Source of the DNA: Ranitomeya imitator
Lineage: Eukaryota
Reading direction: 5' to 3'
NCBI RefSeq assembly: GCF_032444005.1
Contig: NC_091291.1
Location: 27,032,001 to 27,096,000, forward strand
DNA length: 64,000 bases
The position numbers and the translations under genes are program-made. The stretch's first letter is position 1. The number at the start of each line of letters is the position of its first letter. The notes beneath the pieces were generated by a model. It worked only from the letters and a program-made list of their open reading frames with translations, had not been told where the DNA came from and ran no database searches. Positions 28,440-41,630 of this stretch are shown here, piece after piece.

Positions 28440-30674
28440 TTTTATATTTCATTCTATAGCATTTGCTCTGTCAAGTGACCACTGTGGATATTTACGAGCC
28501 CTAAGTTTTTTTCTTAAGCTATCAAACTCATTTTCCCTGTCAGTTTCTCTACTACAATTACGTTTGAGTCTTGTGTATTCACCAGTTGGTATCGATTTGA
28601 TTGTATGTGCTGGGTGACTGCTGGCCGCATGAAGGATTGCATTACCACTAATTGGTTCAACATGTGTCTTGCTGGCAATGTTTTCATCAGCATGTCCTAA
28701 TAACTCAAGATCTAAAAAGGAAATTTTGTGTGGATTAAAAGCATACGTAAACTTAATTCAAAAATTATTATCATTAATATATTCGACAAATCCCGATATG
28801 GCAGACACATCCCCCCCCCAATAATGAGGGTATCGTCTATGTATCTGCCATACCAGGAGATGTGGTCCAAAAAAGGATTGTCAACCTAATAAATACATTT
28901 TTGTTCCCAATATGCCATGGTCAGGTTAGCCAAAGAAGGTGAATATTTGGCTCCCACCGGGACTCCCGACTTTTGTACATAAATTTGTCCATCAAATGAA
29001 AAAATATTATTCTTCATTAGGAAGAAAGTCACCTGTAGAGTGAAGTTGATTAAATCTAGGGAGAATTGACCAGACTCAGTAAGATGGAATTGTAGTGCTT
29101 CCATGGCCACATCATGCGGAATGCTCGTGTACAATGACACGACATTGCAACTGAGCCATGTATAGTTTTGTTTCCATCTCCAATTACTTAGTGTCTTAAG
29201 AACCTCTTTTGAATCTTTGATATAGCCCGGTATCCTACTGACTGGTGGTTTTAATAATGAGTCCACCCATTCACACAAGTGTTCTGTCATGGATCCGATA
29301 CCGGACACTATAGGACGCATAGCTGGAAAACCGTCACTCTTGTGTACTTTAGGTAGCCCATACATAATGGGCAATTTAGGAGATTGTACATATATGTATT
29401 CAGCCTGTTTCTTATTAATAACTGCCAAACTAAGACCTTCCTCAATTATTTTAGCAATTTTAGCATTAATATCAATGGTTGGATTTTTTACAAGTTTGTC
29501 GTAAGTGGAAGCATCAGATAAAAGTTCATACATTTTATCTTTATAGTCCTGTTCATTAAGGACAACAATAAGACCTCCTTTGTCACTTTTTTTATATAAT
29601 GATATTTTTCATGCGTTTTAGTTCGTTCAGCGCTCTCCTTTGTTTGCGGGATAGATTGCTCCGAATATTTCTTTTCCAGCCATCCTTAAGATTTTTTAAG
29701 TCCTTCTCAATTAATTCCTGGAATTTATCCATACAATCTGCTCTATTCTATAGAGGATAAAAATACGGATTTTTTGTTGTAAAATTTTCCGAGGAGTTAC
29801 ATAACCCAGTAGTGGATTCTTCTTGTTGGTCTCTAGATAATTTCAATAAGCAATTTAATGCCACTTGCTCCTTAAATTCCAAACCTTCAAACTCATTCGA
29901 TTCGTTGGAAATCGTAGCCACCTGCGTGGATGTAACATGTTCTGAAAAAAAGTGTTTTTTTATGGTAAGATTTCTCATAAACTTATTTATATCCAAAATA
30001 GTCAAAAAAAGGTTAAAGTCAGAGTCTGGCACGAAATTAAGGCCCAGAGCCAATAGTCCAATTGTTCTTCAGTGAGAGGTTGTGAAGATAAATTAACCAC
30101 ATTACTTGTATTTATTGTTTGTGTTTCCTTCTGTGTCGGGTAATTATTCCTTGTTGATTTCTTATGCTTTCTCCCGGCTCTTCTCTTGCGGTTTTTGAGT
30201 TTTTTACATATCTTTTTCTGTTCTCTCGAGTGTTGCTCATGACAGATACATCCGACATACTAGCATTGGTGTCTGAAGATTCAGGCTCTGTTGATGTAAA
30301 ATACACCTGTGGTCTATCGGTTGATTTATTTTGGGAGTGGCTTTTTTTCAAGATGGGTTTGGGTGATTTATACATTTTTTCCCATTTGCCCCAGTCGTAA
30401 ACACTGTCCTTCTTGTAATCATTGAGGTCTCTCTCAAATTTCTGTTTTTTTCTGTTCATAATTTCATTTTCCAAAATGCTCACATTATCTTTAAGTTGTT
30501 TCAAAGAGGACTCAAAGAGTGGCAACATTTTAAATTCTTCCAGAGTATTATTTATTTTTTCCACATTAATTTGAGTTTCCTCTAATTTCATTTGTTCATT
30601 TTTTATAATCAATTTCATTAAATTTAGTGAGCAAATGGAAAGAATTTGATTCCACTCCTTTTTAAATTCCTCAG

Positions 30675-31555
30675 CTGTGTGGGCTGTGCTGTATACTACT
30701 ACGTGGGCTGTGTTATCTGCTATGTGGGTTGTGCTATATACTCTGGGGGTATATTATATTATATGGGGGAGGCCTTGTTATATACTATGTGGCTGTGTTA
30801 TATACTATTGTGGGTGTATATTATATTCTTTGGGGGAGGCTGTGCTATATACTATGGGGGTATATTATATTCTATGGGGAGGCTGTGTTATATACTATTG
30901 GGGGCTGCATTATATTCTATGGGGGCTACATTATATTTTATGGGGAGGTGGGCTGTATTATTTTCTATGGGGGGCTTATTAGATTTTATGAGGGATGATT
31001 GCATCATACTCTTTGATGGGGCTGCATTATATTCTTTTGGAAGGTGGGCTGTACTATATTCTATTCGGGGCTACATTATATTCTATGGGGGGCTGCATTA
31101 TATTTATATTCTTTGAGGGGTGATTGCATCATACTCTATGAGGGGGCTGCATTAAACTATGAGGGGGCTGCATTATATTCTATGGGGTGGCTGCATTATA
31201 CTCTGGGGTGACTACATTATACTCTGGGGTGGCTGCATTATATTCTGTAGGATGGTGGCTGCATTATACTATATGTGGGCTGCATTATACTGTATCGAGG
31301 ACTATGGGGAATACGTTATACTATATGAAGAACTATGGGGTGCATTACACTATGGGAAGTGAATTGTACTACATGGAGGACTGTGGCGGTGCATTATACT
31401 ATATGGAGTACTATGAGGAGTGTATTATGCTATATGGAGGACTTAGCTGTGTATTTTAATATATGGAAGACTATAGGGAGTGTATTATACTATATGGAGG
31501 ACTGTGGTGCACATTATAATATATGGAGGACTATGGGGTGTATTTTACTAAACAA
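30675..31555. repeat. Degenerate about 30-bp minisatellite (ggggctgcattatattctat)
   Basis: Recurrent unit. It is the source of the spurious Cys/Tyr-rich ORFs. Confidence 0.85.
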
Positions 31556-33427
31556 GTAAAATGCTGCATATTCAGATTGTTATTGCTGGAGCAAAAATCC
31601 TTGTTCTCAGCAGCACATCGCCGGTGTAAACTGTAGATGTGCTGCTGATAACATGATACTGTAAGGTGATCTGTTAGTGATCTATTAGTGATCGTTCTGT
31701 CCCATCATTATTTCTCAGCTGGTGGAAAGAGGCCGGGAAACAAGTGTTGAACAACTTCAGTATTATCGATCAAACTCATTTAGCGGCCTGAACTCAGCGC
31801 TTGTAAATAAAACCGGGTCGTTGCCGCAATGCATTCTTGGGACCGGAGCGTCGCGAGGAGCGGGAAAGGCTGCCGTGGACGCCGGAAGGTGAGAATATAA
31901 TGATTTTTTTAATTATTATTTTTAACATTATATGCTGCATAGGCAGCATCAATAGTAAAAAGTTGGTCACACAGGGTTAAAGGCAGCGTTAATGGACTTT
32001 CTTACAACGCGTTATGACGCGGTGTAACGCAGTCCGTTTAACGGACTGCTAAAATGCTATGTGGGCGCTGACTGGAGGGGACTAAGGAGGAGGCACTGAC
32101 TGGAAGGGAGTAGCCAATTCGCGGCCGGACTGTGCCTATCGCTGATTGGTCGCGCTCAGCCAGCCACGACCAATCAGCGACGCGGGATTTCCATAACAGA
32201 CAAACAGACGGAAGTGGACCTTAGACGATTATATATATAGTTGGGAGGCAATGTAGTGGCTCACACTGTATATAGGAGCTGCCAGCTCCCGCAATAAACT
32301 CAGAACTCTTGGAGCATCAGGACCACCCGAGTTGATTCTCAGCTGTCTCTCCCCACAGACATGTGGGCCTTCATCACCACCGTGACTTCATGGGTCACTA
32401 CCTGTGAGAGACCTTCCAGCTCCATCTCCATCGCATTCTCCGTAAACAAGGCCTTCAACCTCATCTCACCACTGTCATTCTCAACTTCACCAACTGCATC
32501 TCACAGGTACAGGTTATGCACTGCTTTCTCCTCACACTCCGGCATGGTAATGACACCAGCTCCAGCTTCTTGGCGGTCTTTTTTTTTCTATACTTCTATA
32601 GTGTCTGCGGCTTCACTTGTCACTCTGCATATCTTTGCCTTTCGCTCCTGAGCATTCCACACATATCCCGGTAGGCTATCTTCCTCCAGCACACCTGTCA
32701 CTGCTAAGATGGGCGAACCTCTCTTCTATCATGGCGGCCCCGGTCATTACAGTCATGCACATGTCATCAGGCGCCATCTTGGTTGCGTCACAAAGCTGTT
32801 CCTTCTGTACTCTCTTTGCCTTCCAGTGGGCAGGACCTTCCTTTCCATCATGCTTTCTGCCGATGCGTTCTCCCAACAGTGAGTCAGGCTTTCTTTACAA
32901 GTTTCCTTCTTTGGTCTGCACTTTTACTGGGGTTTGAAAAGTTCCGCAGTGTTCCATATCCCCCACTTCTATGATGGGCGTTACTTACCTTTTTTCCTGA
33001 AACAGCATCCGCCATCTTGGCACTGTATACAGATAAACATCTTCACTGCGCCATACATCTTCCCCTAAAATAAATTCTGCAGGGCATCTCCATCCTGCCG
33101 ACTACATCAATTCAGATGTAAGAGAAGGATTTGGTTGACATCACTTTACGCCTCCCAAAACACCCTGCTTCGTACCCCTGAATGTGCATGAGCTTCGCGG
33201 GGACTTGATGTAAATCTTCAACACATTTCCTGCTTCAGGCAGAGGCTCATATTCAGTTACAGACAAAAATGGCACATCTTGATGTTATAAAACACTTCAG
33301 TGTAACAGAGCATTTGTGTGTGTGTAACTGGAGCACAGTTTTAATTTAACTTGCAAATTGACAGAAAATATGCTAAGATCTTAAGCTACATGAAATACCA
33401 GGTGTAATTTGTATCTTTGCTCCTGAA

Positions 33428-33823
33428 TCTATATACAGTATATAATTGTCTAAGGGTTTTTCCGTCTGTCTGTCTGTCTGTCTTTCTGTCTCTCTGTCTT
33501 TCTGTCTGTCTGTCCTGGAAATCCCACGTCCCTGATTGGTCGATGCCGTCAGGCCTCGACCAATCAGCGACGGGCACAGTATCGACGTAGAAATCCCGCG
33601 TCTCTGATTGGTCGAGGCCGCCAGTCCTCGACCAATCAGCGACGGGCACAGTGACGATGATGTCATAATGGTTGCCATGGCGACGATGATGTCATAAAGG
33701 TTGCCTCGACCAATCAGCGACGGGCACAGTCTGCCTCGAATTCTGGAATCATCATTGTCCATATACTACGGGGACATGCATATTCTAGAATACCCGATGC
33801 GTTAGAATCGGGCCACAATCTAG
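33428..33823 (+). mobile_element. Non-autonomous Helitron
   Basis: 5' TC, 3' CTAG, inserted between A and T, subterminal hairpin cccgat-gcgttaga-atcggg, internal (TCTG)n. Confidence 0.85.
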
Positions 33824-36364
33824 TAAATATATATTCACTGTTGAATCGCTGGACAGTACAGAGATTAATCCACTGCCCACAGGTTAAGGGCCCAAAGGTG
33901 CAGGGACCCAGAAACTCAAAGACCCAGAAAACAGCCCAGAGGAGCGAGAACACCATGTGCCAAAAGAAGTTTAGATGGGCACCAGCAAGAACTCTGTGAA
34001 GTTCATTGTGCCAAATCTGACTAATCAGAACTAAAAATTCTGGAAATTCAAGGTAAAGATGCTGCTGATAAGAGAAGTGAGAATACACAAAGGCCTGACC
34101 CACTAACAGAAGACTCGGCTGAAAAGGATCAAAAACAGTACTGTATCCCTCAGTATAGATAATGATCAGATTGTGCATGTATGTAAATGTGAAGCTGCTA
34201 AAGAAATGTGGGAACTGCTATAGAAAGTGCATGGAAGGATAAATTTCAGCAACAAGCTCTATTTAATGAGAAAGCTTTATAAGTCTAAGCTAAATGATTG
34301 CCAAGATATGCAGGATTACATAAGAAATCAGGCTTGGACTGGCCCCTAGGGGAACAGGGGAATCCCCCGGTGGGCCCCTGTGCAGATCTGGGTCCCAAAC
34401 CTTATTGTATGGACAGTACTTGTCGTAATTCTGTTGATTCACTCTGTACAGAAAAAAAGCAGCATCTCATTATTCATTAACCAAACTGCCCAGTTTATTA
34501 TTATATTGAGATATTGGTAAATTTGTGAACCAGGGTCATACAATATTTGTGTGCAGGTGAAAAGTGGGCCCCCCAAAGTCAAAGTTACTGGTGGGCCCTG
34601 GGCACCCCAGTCCGACACTGGGTGCATATGACTATGCAGCAGGGCTGGCCTTGCTGCCAATGTGTAAAGCAAAGGATTATGGGAGTACAAAATGCATATT
34701 GTGAAGTGGATTTTCATGGGCCCATCCAGTATGTGGGTTCCAAGGCGTAATGGGGTGCATATGACTATGCAGCAGGGCAAACATTGCTGTCACTGTGTAA
34801 AACAAAGTAGTACGGGAGTACAAAATGCATATTGTGAAGCGAATTTTCATGGACCCATCGAGTATGAGGGTTCAAAGGTGTAATGGGGTGCAGAAATACT
34901 CTAGAAAATGTGAAGTGCCTGCAGGGCATTGGGAAAGATCCAAAGAATTTCCATGTTGCTGCAATACTACTAAGTGGTCTACCAGGAAGTTACAGTCAAT
35001 CTTTGTAACAGATAATGAAATATACTAGCTGTCTTAAAAGTAAAAATGTCAAGAAAATCCTTTCCTAAGAACTACTACAAAATCAGAACAACTTCTGGAC
35101 TTAATACACACAGATGTTTGGAGTCCAATGAGTACTCAAACTCCTAGAAAGAAGAGATATTTTCTCAAATTTATCGATGAATATACCAGATATACAGTTG
35201 TCTATATGCTTCACAGGAAACGTAAAGTTCCAGAGAAACTTGACATATACGGTATGTTGCTGAAGTATATAACAAATTTGGGAGAATGACAAAACTTCTC
35301 TGCGCAGATAATGAAACTGAATATACAAGTAATGAGACACAAATCATTTTAAGGAAAAATGGAATCGTATTTCAGATTACTGTACCATACAACCCTGAAC
35401 AAAATGGTGCCACCAGACACTTTGTGAAAGTGGAAGAAATGTGCTATTTCACGCACATTTGCCAACAACATATTGGGGTGAAACAAAAATGAACGCTTGC
35501 TACCTTCAAAACAGACTGGCATGTAAAGCTACTGAGAAAACTCCATTGGAGCAATGGAACCGAATGAAGCCTTAATTACTATGCATAAGAATATTCTGAA
35601 GTAAAGTATTTGTACATATTCTCAAAGAAAAATGTATCAAGTGGAAATCTCATGCAAAAGTAGATATCCTGGTGGGCTACAATGAAACCCAGAAAGGATA
35701 TAGAATCCTGCAACCAAAATCGTGCAAGGTCACACTAAGATCTAATGATGAATGACAACTTCGTGTCACTCAAGTTTCATGACATCATACCAGTAGTCTA
35801 GCTGATGTAACAACAATCTCAGTCACAATTTCAAATTAACAAGAAAAAGATGTAGAAGTTTTGTTCTTCAACAACATAATCAGGTGAACCTGAAGTCAGA
35901 AGATCATTGAGATCAAACAAGGGTATACCAGCTAAGCGTCTATACTAGCTTGTCAAAACACTACATGAGTCATAACCCCAGTCATGGAGTGAGATGCAAC
36001 AACTTCCTGTCCGTGAAAAAACTGAAGAGGATTAATGCTGCTAATGAGGAAATGTTGTCCATTCATCAATTTCAAACTTGGAAACTCGCAAAACTGCCAG
36101 AAGGCAAGAAAGCAGTCAAATGCAAGTGGGATTTTAAGATTTTAAGGACGATTCTGAAGGCAAGGTTCACAAATTTAAAGTAAGATTGGTTGCAAAAAAA
36201 GATATTATGAGAAATATGGTAAAGATTTTGATTCCACATTTTCTCCAGTTGCTAAGCAGAACAAATTCAGGACTCTAATGGCTATGGCTGCTGTACAAGA
36301 TATATTTTTCACACATTTGGACAGAAAAATTGCCTTTTTAAATAGTGACATTGAAGAGGACTTG

Positions 36365-38374
36365 TGCAGCGCCCCAGGGTCCTGGTCATTGCAGCAATAT
36401 CATTCTCCTCTAGGGGGGAGTGATGTTACATTTGGAGGCAATAAAGGAGATCTCTTTACCAGGTACCACAAGCATACAACACAGTTTCATACTCCAGTCC
36501 ACCAGGGGGAGCTATGCTCCTATTTATTAGGGCACTCTTCACACTTAGGTAAAACTGGTGGCCTGGAGAGGAAGTTAGGCAGTTGCTGTCTGAGCTTGGC
36601 TCAGGCAGTTGGTCCCTGACAGGGGTGGGATCCTGTCAGAGGCCTAAACAGAAGGTCCCAGAGCTGCGTCTGCCCCACGTGCAGCAGTTCCTAAGAAAGG
36701 ACACGAACAGAGAACTGTATTGTAGAGAGTGAGAAAGAAGTCATAGCAAAATGAGTGGAGACCAGAAGGAGTTCTGCCTTGCACAGGCTGCCTCCTTCTG
36801 AGGTGCAGGATCCCGGTAGCCGGAACACCGAGGGAGCGACAGTCCTATATGCCTTGCTCAAGAGACCAACAGGACAGCTAATTGCAAGTTACTGATCCTC
36901 CCTAGACCCAGGAGGCAAGGTGGCACCCACGAGAGGCCGGGGCACGATAGAGTCCCTGTAAAAAGCTTCAAGCCACCGGTCATACACGTTTGTCCTATCC
37001 ATCTGGGGAGAGAGAGAATGAGATAACATTGATAACATCTACAACATCTGTGAGGACCTTATGAGAGGCTTAGCAATAAGGTACTACAACACCCAGGCGC
37101 TAGAGGAAGGCTACTGATTTCCGCCTGGATAAGGGGACTCTGGATTTGCCTCCAAACCGGCCGGACTCTGCCTGCCCTGTGATCTGGTACTCTGGACTGT
37201 GGTTGCTGAAGCCTTCAGTAAAATGTAAAGTGACTGCAAGCTTGTGTCCTCGTTCTTCACTGCACCTCATACCATCCACCATCTTACACACTGGGAAGCC
37301 TGTTATGAACTGGTGATTCAGAACCACAATGGACCTAGTGGTTAAGAGCACACAAGTGACCTGATAGTTACTAATAACATAGGACGAGCTCTGAGACGTG
37401 GGAACTCTGCTGACTGCAATCCCTAATCCTATCATACCACACTAGAGGTAGCCGTGGAGCGCTCCTGACCAGACCTAGGCGCCTAGGGCACAGCCTGAGA
37501 AACTAGCTAACCCTGAAGATAGAAAAATAAGCCTACCTTGCCTCAGAGAAATTCCCCAAAGGAAAAGGCAGCCCCCCACATATAATGACTGTGAGTAAAG
37601 ATGAAAATACAAACACAGAGATGAAATAGATTTTAGCAAAGTGAGGCCCGACTTACTGAATAGACCGAGGATAGGAAAGATAGCTTTGCGGTCAGCACAA
37701 AAACCTACAAACAACCACGCAGAGGGCGCAAAAAGACCCTCCGCACCGACTAACGGTACGGAGGTGCTCCCTCTGCGTCTCAGAGCTTCCAGCAAGCAAG
37801 AAAAATCAATAAAGCAAGCTGGACAGAAAATATAGCAAACAAAAGTAACACATGCAAAACTTAGCTTATGCAGGGCAGACAGGCCACAAGAACGATCCAG
37901 GAGAGAGCAAGACCAATACTGGAACATTGACTGGAGGCCAGGGTCAAAGCACTAGGTGGAGTTAAATAGAGCAGCACCTAACGACTTAACCTCGTCACCT
38001 GAGGAAGGAAACTCAGAAGCCGCAGCCCCACTCACATCCACCAGAGGAAGCTCATAGACAGAACCAGCTGAAGTACCACTCATGACCACAGGAGGGAGCT
38101 TGACCACAGAATTCACAACAGAAGCCCTGGGGACATACTTCATCTGTGGGAAGGTATACCATCTAGCTGCCACAACATCACCCTAGCAGACCCCTCAAAG
38201 CAGCGTCGGTCCCCCTGACCGAATACCACAGGTGGCGTCAAGAATCCCTTAAAAGACCTTCCCCCTTTTATAACGGACGTCCCGAGGGCCACGGACCGGG
38301 TCAGCCACCGTGACATCCCCCTTGAGAACCAAAGGACCCGGTACCGAGTACCCCTAGCCCTTGGGGGCGCTCCA
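36365..38374. mobile_element. Solo LTR inserted in the Copia RT
   Basis: Termini tgcagcgcccc / ggggcgctcca, 4-bp TSD cttg. The Copia frame resumes after it. Confidence 0.8.
37301..38120. mobile_element. Second solo LTR nested in the first
   Basis: tgttatga...cacaaca termini, direct repeat gaagcc on both sides. The uninterrupted host sequence is seen at about 41000. Confidence 0.8.
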
Positions 38375-38520
38375 CTTGTACATGACTAAACCTGAGGATT
38401 ATATAAATGAGGGTGAAGAGAATCTCATTTGCAAACTACAAAAATCTCTCTATGGTCTTAAGAAATCACTAAGAGCATGGACACCAACATGAGCAAAGTC
38501 TTATTGGAAGAAGGATTTAA

Positions 38521-39440
38521 CCCCTTAGTGACGGAGCCAATTTGCAGAGGTCAATTTTTACAATTCTGACCACTGTCACTTAATGAGGCTATATCTCTGG
38601 AACGCTTTAACGGATCCCACTAATTCTGAGACTGTTTTCGTGGCATATTTTACTTTATGTTAGTGGTAAAATTTATTTGATATTACTTGCATTTATTTAT
38701 GAAAATAACAGAAATATGGCAAAAAAATTTAAATTTTGCAATTTTCAAAATTTGAATGTTTATGCCCTTAAATCAGAGAGATACAGTATGTTACATTAAA
38801 TAGTTAATAAATAACATTTCCCACATGTCTCCTTTACATCAGCACAATCTTGGAAACAATTTTTTTTTGTAGGTAGTTATAAGGGTTAAAAGTTGACCAG
38901 CGATTTCTCATTTTTTCAACAAAATTTACAGAACCATTTTTTTAGGGACCATCTCACATATAAAGTCACTTTGAGGGGTGTACATGACAGAATATACCCA
39001 AAAGTGACACACCATTCTAAAAACTACACCCCTCAAAGTGCTCAAAACCACATTCAAGAAGTTTATTATCCCTTTATGTGCTTCACAGAAACTGAAGCAA
39101 TGTGGAAGGAAAAAATTAACATTTAACTTATTTTACAGACATTTTACTTTAGAACCAATTTTTTATTTTATTTTCACAAGTGTAAAAAAAGAAAATGAAC
39201 CACAAAATTTGTTGTGCAATTTCTCCTGAATACGCCGATACCCCACATGTGAGGGTAAACCACTGTTTGGGTGCATGGCAGAACTTGGAAGAAAAGGAGT
39301 GCTGTTTGACTTTTTCAATGCAGAATTGGCTGGAATTGAGATCGAACGCCAAGTTGCGTTTGGAGAGCCCCTGATGTGCCTAAAGAGTGGAAGCCCCCAC
39401 AAGTGACACCAATTTGGAAACTAAACCCCTTCAGGAACAT
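38521..39440. mobile_element. Truncated copy of the piggyBac-like family
   Basis: ttaa-ccccttag start, and sequence parallel to 1450-2360. Confidence 0.75.
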
Positions 39441-39569
39441 CATAAAGTATGAGTTTGAGAAAGAACGTCATTTTCTGTAACTGTGCTGTTATCTTTTATA
39501 TGTTCTGTTAGGCTGGTATCCACCACTGACCATATGGCGGTAATATCCATATTGGTCTTTATATAGAGA

Positions 39570-40960
39570 CTAGATGGTGGCCCGATTCAAATGCATCGGG
39601 TATTCTAGAATATGTATGTAGTTTATTTATGAAGCTTTCAGAATAATGCAATTTATACACAGGATTCGGCCGGCCGGGCGCGACCAACTAGCCAAGCGTG
39701 GTTCAAATTCCACGCCAATTCGCTGCCGGACTGTGCCTGTCACTGATTGTTCATGGCTGGCCGGGCGTAACCAATCAGTGAAGCCAGGGCCGGCTGCAGG
39801 TTTTTGAGGGCCCCAGGCGAAAGAGTCTCAGTGGGCCCCCCACTTTAACACATACCACGATTCATGATGCACAGATACAGCAGAGAAATATACCACAGCC
39901 AAGTAGCATATAACATAGCCCACATAGTATATAGCACAGCCACATAGCATATAGCACAGGCCAAGTAGTATATCGCTCAGCCCACATAGCATATAGCACA
40001 GCCCACGCAGCATATAGCACAGCCCATGCAGCTTATAGCACAGCCCACACAGCATATAGCACAGCCCACGTAGCATATAGCACAGCCCACATAGCATATA
40101 GCACAGCCACGTAGCATATAACACAGCCACATAGCATATAGCACAGCCACATAGTATATAGCACAGCCCGTGTAGTATATAGCACAGCCCACGTAGTATA
40201 TAGCAGAGCCCACGCAGTGTATAACAGCCCACGTAGTATATAGCACAGCCTACGCAGTGTATAACACAGCCCACGCAGTGTATAACAGCCCACATAATAT
40301 AAAGCACAGCCCATGCAGTGTATAACACAGCCCACACAGTATATAGCACAGCCCACGTAGTATATAACACAGCCAACATACTATATAACACAGCCCATGT
40401 ACTATATAACACAGCCCACATACTATATAACACAGCCACATAGTATATAGCACAGCCACGTAGTATATTGCCCAGCCATGCATATTGCACAGCTACGTAG
40501 CATATAGCACAGCCCACGTAGTACATAACACAGCCACATAGTATATAGCACAGCTCACATAGTATATAACACAGCTCACGTAGTATATAGCACAGCTCAC
40601 GTAGTATATAGTACAGCTCACACAGTATATAACACAGCCACATAGTATATTGCCCAGCCATGTAATATATTGCACAGCCCATGTAGTATATAGCACAGAG
40701 ACGCAGTATATAACACAGCCCACATAGTATATAGCACAGCGATGTAGTATATAGCACAGCCCACGTAGTTTATAGCACAGACATAGTATATAACACAGCC
40801 CACGTAGTATATAGCACAGAGAAAAAAAGAATTAAATTAAAAAATAGTTATATACTCACCTCCCGGTGGCCCCTGGATCCAGGCGAGGCGTTTAGCGATG
40901 CTCTTCGCAATGCTCCGGTCCCAGGAATGCATTGCGATCTCGCGAGATGATGCAAACATG
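39570..40960 (-). mobile_element. Helitron-type element (3' end at 39570) carrying a minisatellite
   Basis: Reverse CTAG end with the same cccgat/atcggg hairpin as the 33428 copy. The 5' boundary is uncertain. Confidence 0.6.
39890..40820. repeat. About 21-bp minisatellite (cacagcccacatagcatatag)
   Basis: Direct inspection. Confidence 0.92.
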
Positions 40961-40969
40961 TGTCCTCAT

Positions 40970-41265
40970 TTTTTACTGCACCATTCACCATCTTCCATCT
41001 ACACACCGGAAACCCTGGGGATATACTTCACCTGTGGGAAGTTATACCATCTAGCTGCCATAGCATCACCCCAGAGGACCCCATAAAGCAGCATCGGTCC
41101 CCACTGACGGAATACCACAGGTGACGTTACGAACATAAACTTTATTAAACCTCCCTTTTACATGGGCACCCAGGGCTACGGACCGGGTTGCCACCATGAC
41201 ATCCCCCTGTGAACACCGGACCCGGTGTCGGGTACCCCACAGCCCTGGCGGCTGACTCAAAGACA
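40970..41265. mobile_element. LTR fragment of the 36365-38374 family
   Basis: Matches 37255-37300 joined to 38121-38365. Confidence 0.7.
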
Positions 41266-41509
41266 TCAAAGGATGCATCAAACTTCTCAGCGGCGAAGCA
41301 GGAGCCATCAAATGCTGCGGTCTTCTGGCACTGCTCTGTCACAGTAACTCCGTGATAGTACCCCCCTTCTACGAGGGACCTCCAGAACCTCAGAGCCTGG
41401 TTTATCTGGGTGTGCCACATGAAAGGCCCGATCCAGTCTGGCCGCATGGACATCAGAAGCTTGAACCCACATCCTCTCCTCAGGACCATACCCCTTCCAA
41501 TGTACCATG

Positions 41510-41630
41510 TTTTGATCTGTGTTTATTGTTATGCTGTAATGTCTATTGCCTGTACAAATCCCCTCTATAATGTAAAGCGCTGCGGAATATGTTGGCGCTA
41601 TATAAATAAAATTATTATTATTTATTATTA
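41510..41630 (+). mobile_element. L2 LINE 3'-end fragment inserted in the Gypsy chromodomain
   Basis: tgtaaagcgctgcggaatatgttggcgctatataaataaaattattatt matches the ends of the other L2 copies. Confidence 0.8.

Larger units (their letters stand above)
27380..30675 (-). mobile_element. Penelope-like retroelement (RT + GIY-YIG endonuclease), frameshifted, 5'-truncated, with 3' pseudo-LTR
   Basis: VVNLS..LT...LGLNFVP N-terminus, RT motifs (KVHKS..RPIVSG, GVPVGAKYSPSLAN, YIDD-like), C-terminal NVVYKIDC..CGISYVGCTSRKLKTRVTEH. Confidence 0.93.
34170..38510 (+). mobile_element. Decayed Ty1/Copia internal region (gag, integrase, RT) interrupted by insertions
   Basis: AKEMWELL...NKLYLMRKLY (gag), DNETEY...TVPYNPEQNGA (integrase), LPEGKKAVKCKW, AFLNSDIEED|LYM and KLQKSLYGLK (RT). 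Integrase lies before RT. Confidence 0.85.

Noticed and set aside
30646-31559. Cys/Tyr/Gly-rich ORFs
   Set aside because: These are minisatellite translations open in several frames.
32400-33330. Possible coding or transposase remnant
   Set aside because: No recognisable motif in any frame. Left unclassified.
34329-34620. hAT-like MITE (caggcttggactgg / ccagtccgacactg)
   Set aside because: The TIR is weak and there is no 8-bp TSD, so it is not confidently bounded.
39828-40803. 309-aa and overlapping Cys/Tyr-rich ORFs
   Set aside because: These are artefacts of the 21-bp minisatellite.
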